A stretch of DNA of 64,000 nt from Glaucostegus cemiculus (Eukaryota). This document shows positions 63,321 through 64,000 of this stretch, piece after piece (positions within the stretch are counted from its first letter, which is position 1; every line of letters starts with the position of its first letter). The stretch is from contig CDPCPM010000026.1 of assembly GCA_976551045.1 (NCBI GenBank), positions 7,068,001-7,132,000 of the forward strand, written 5' to 3'. The position numbers and the translations under genes are program-made. The notes under the pieces are model-generated. The model saw only the letters and a program-made list of their open reading frames with translations, had not been told where the DNA came from and made no database searches.

Positions 63321-63747
63321 TTATAAGGAAAGGTAGGAAAGGCTACACTTGTATCTGCTGGAGAAGGGAAGGAAACTTGACAGACATATATAGAAATCCT
63401 GAGGGGTCTTGACAAGGATAATATGGAGAGAATGCTTTCTCTTGTGGGAGAATCTACAACTGGGGGTCATTATTTTAAAATAAAGGGTTGTCCAGTTAGG
63501 ACTGAGATGAGGCAAGTCTTTTTCTTTCAGTGCGTTGTAAATCTTTGGACCTCTCTTCTTCCAAAGGGCTGAGGAGGCAGAATCTTTTAAGGCATAGGTG
63601 GATAGATACTTGATAAGCAAGGGAGTTACTGTAGGAGGATGGGAATATGGAGTTGAGGTTATGGTCAGATCATTCACAATCTTATTAAATGGCAGAGCAG
63701 CCTTAAGGAGACAAGGGGCCTACTCCTGCCCCTAATTTGTATGTTTG
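63321..63747 (+). mobile_element. CR1 LINE 3' end
   Basis: ILRGLDK...ERM..LVGES.TGGH.FKIKG.P.RTEMR; tail GGCCTACTCCTGCCCCTAATTTGTATGTT. Confidence 0.85.
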
Positions 63748-63759
63748 CCAACTCTTTCC

Positions 63760-63922
63760 AGACCCCAGCTCCTCCACCCTCACCCTCACCCGGTCTTGAT
63801 GCAGGGTTTCAACCCAAATCATCAACGATTCCTCTCCCCCCACGGATGCTGCTCGGGCTGCTGAGCTCCTCCGGCAGGTTGTTTGTTGCTACAGATTCCA
63901 GCATCTGCAGTCTCTTGTCTCT
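63760..63922 (+). mobile_element. Penelope-like element terminus
   Basis: GTCTTGATGCAGGGTTTCAACCCAAA...GATGCTGCTCGGGCTGCTGAGCTCCTCC...AGATTCCAGCATCTGCAGTCTCTTG. Confidence 0.7.
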
Positions 63923-64000
63923 CCACCTCCACCCTCATCATGGTCTCTGTGAAAACCTGAGGCCAGCAGGTTCCAGGTTAGTTGGATTTTTAACTTTACA

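Noticed and set aside
1-64000. CRISPR array, operon or prokaryotic defence system
   Set aside because: Intron-containing vertebrate DNA; no regularly spaced repeats and no long intronless ORFs

Overview
Eukaryotic, AT-rich vertebrate DNA, almost certainly a cartilaginous fish and probably a batoid, judged from recalled HE1/V-SINE, Deu-SINE, CR1 and Penelope repeat families. It holds one protein-coding gene, irx3 (Iroquois TALE homeobox; + strand, 4 coding exons 43462-46219, 448 aa). The gene lies in a ~16 kb CpG-retaining, transposon-free domain. Around it is gene desert with decayed retroelements and many blocks that look like conserved non-coding enhancers of the IrxB regulatory landscape. 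There are no prokaryotic systems, CRISPR arrays or true RNA genes, and I cannot support a clearly new biological system. The best leads are an odd N-masked block inside a CNE cluster, V-SINEs with swapped 3' tails, hammerhead-ribozyme remnants in Penelope fold-backs, an LF-SINE-like relic, recurring Pbx-Hox/Meis composite sites, an in-frame uORF/NAGNAG at the irx3 start, and a G4 plus CTCF module after the gene. Repeat family names and CNE calls come from visual recognition, not database searches.
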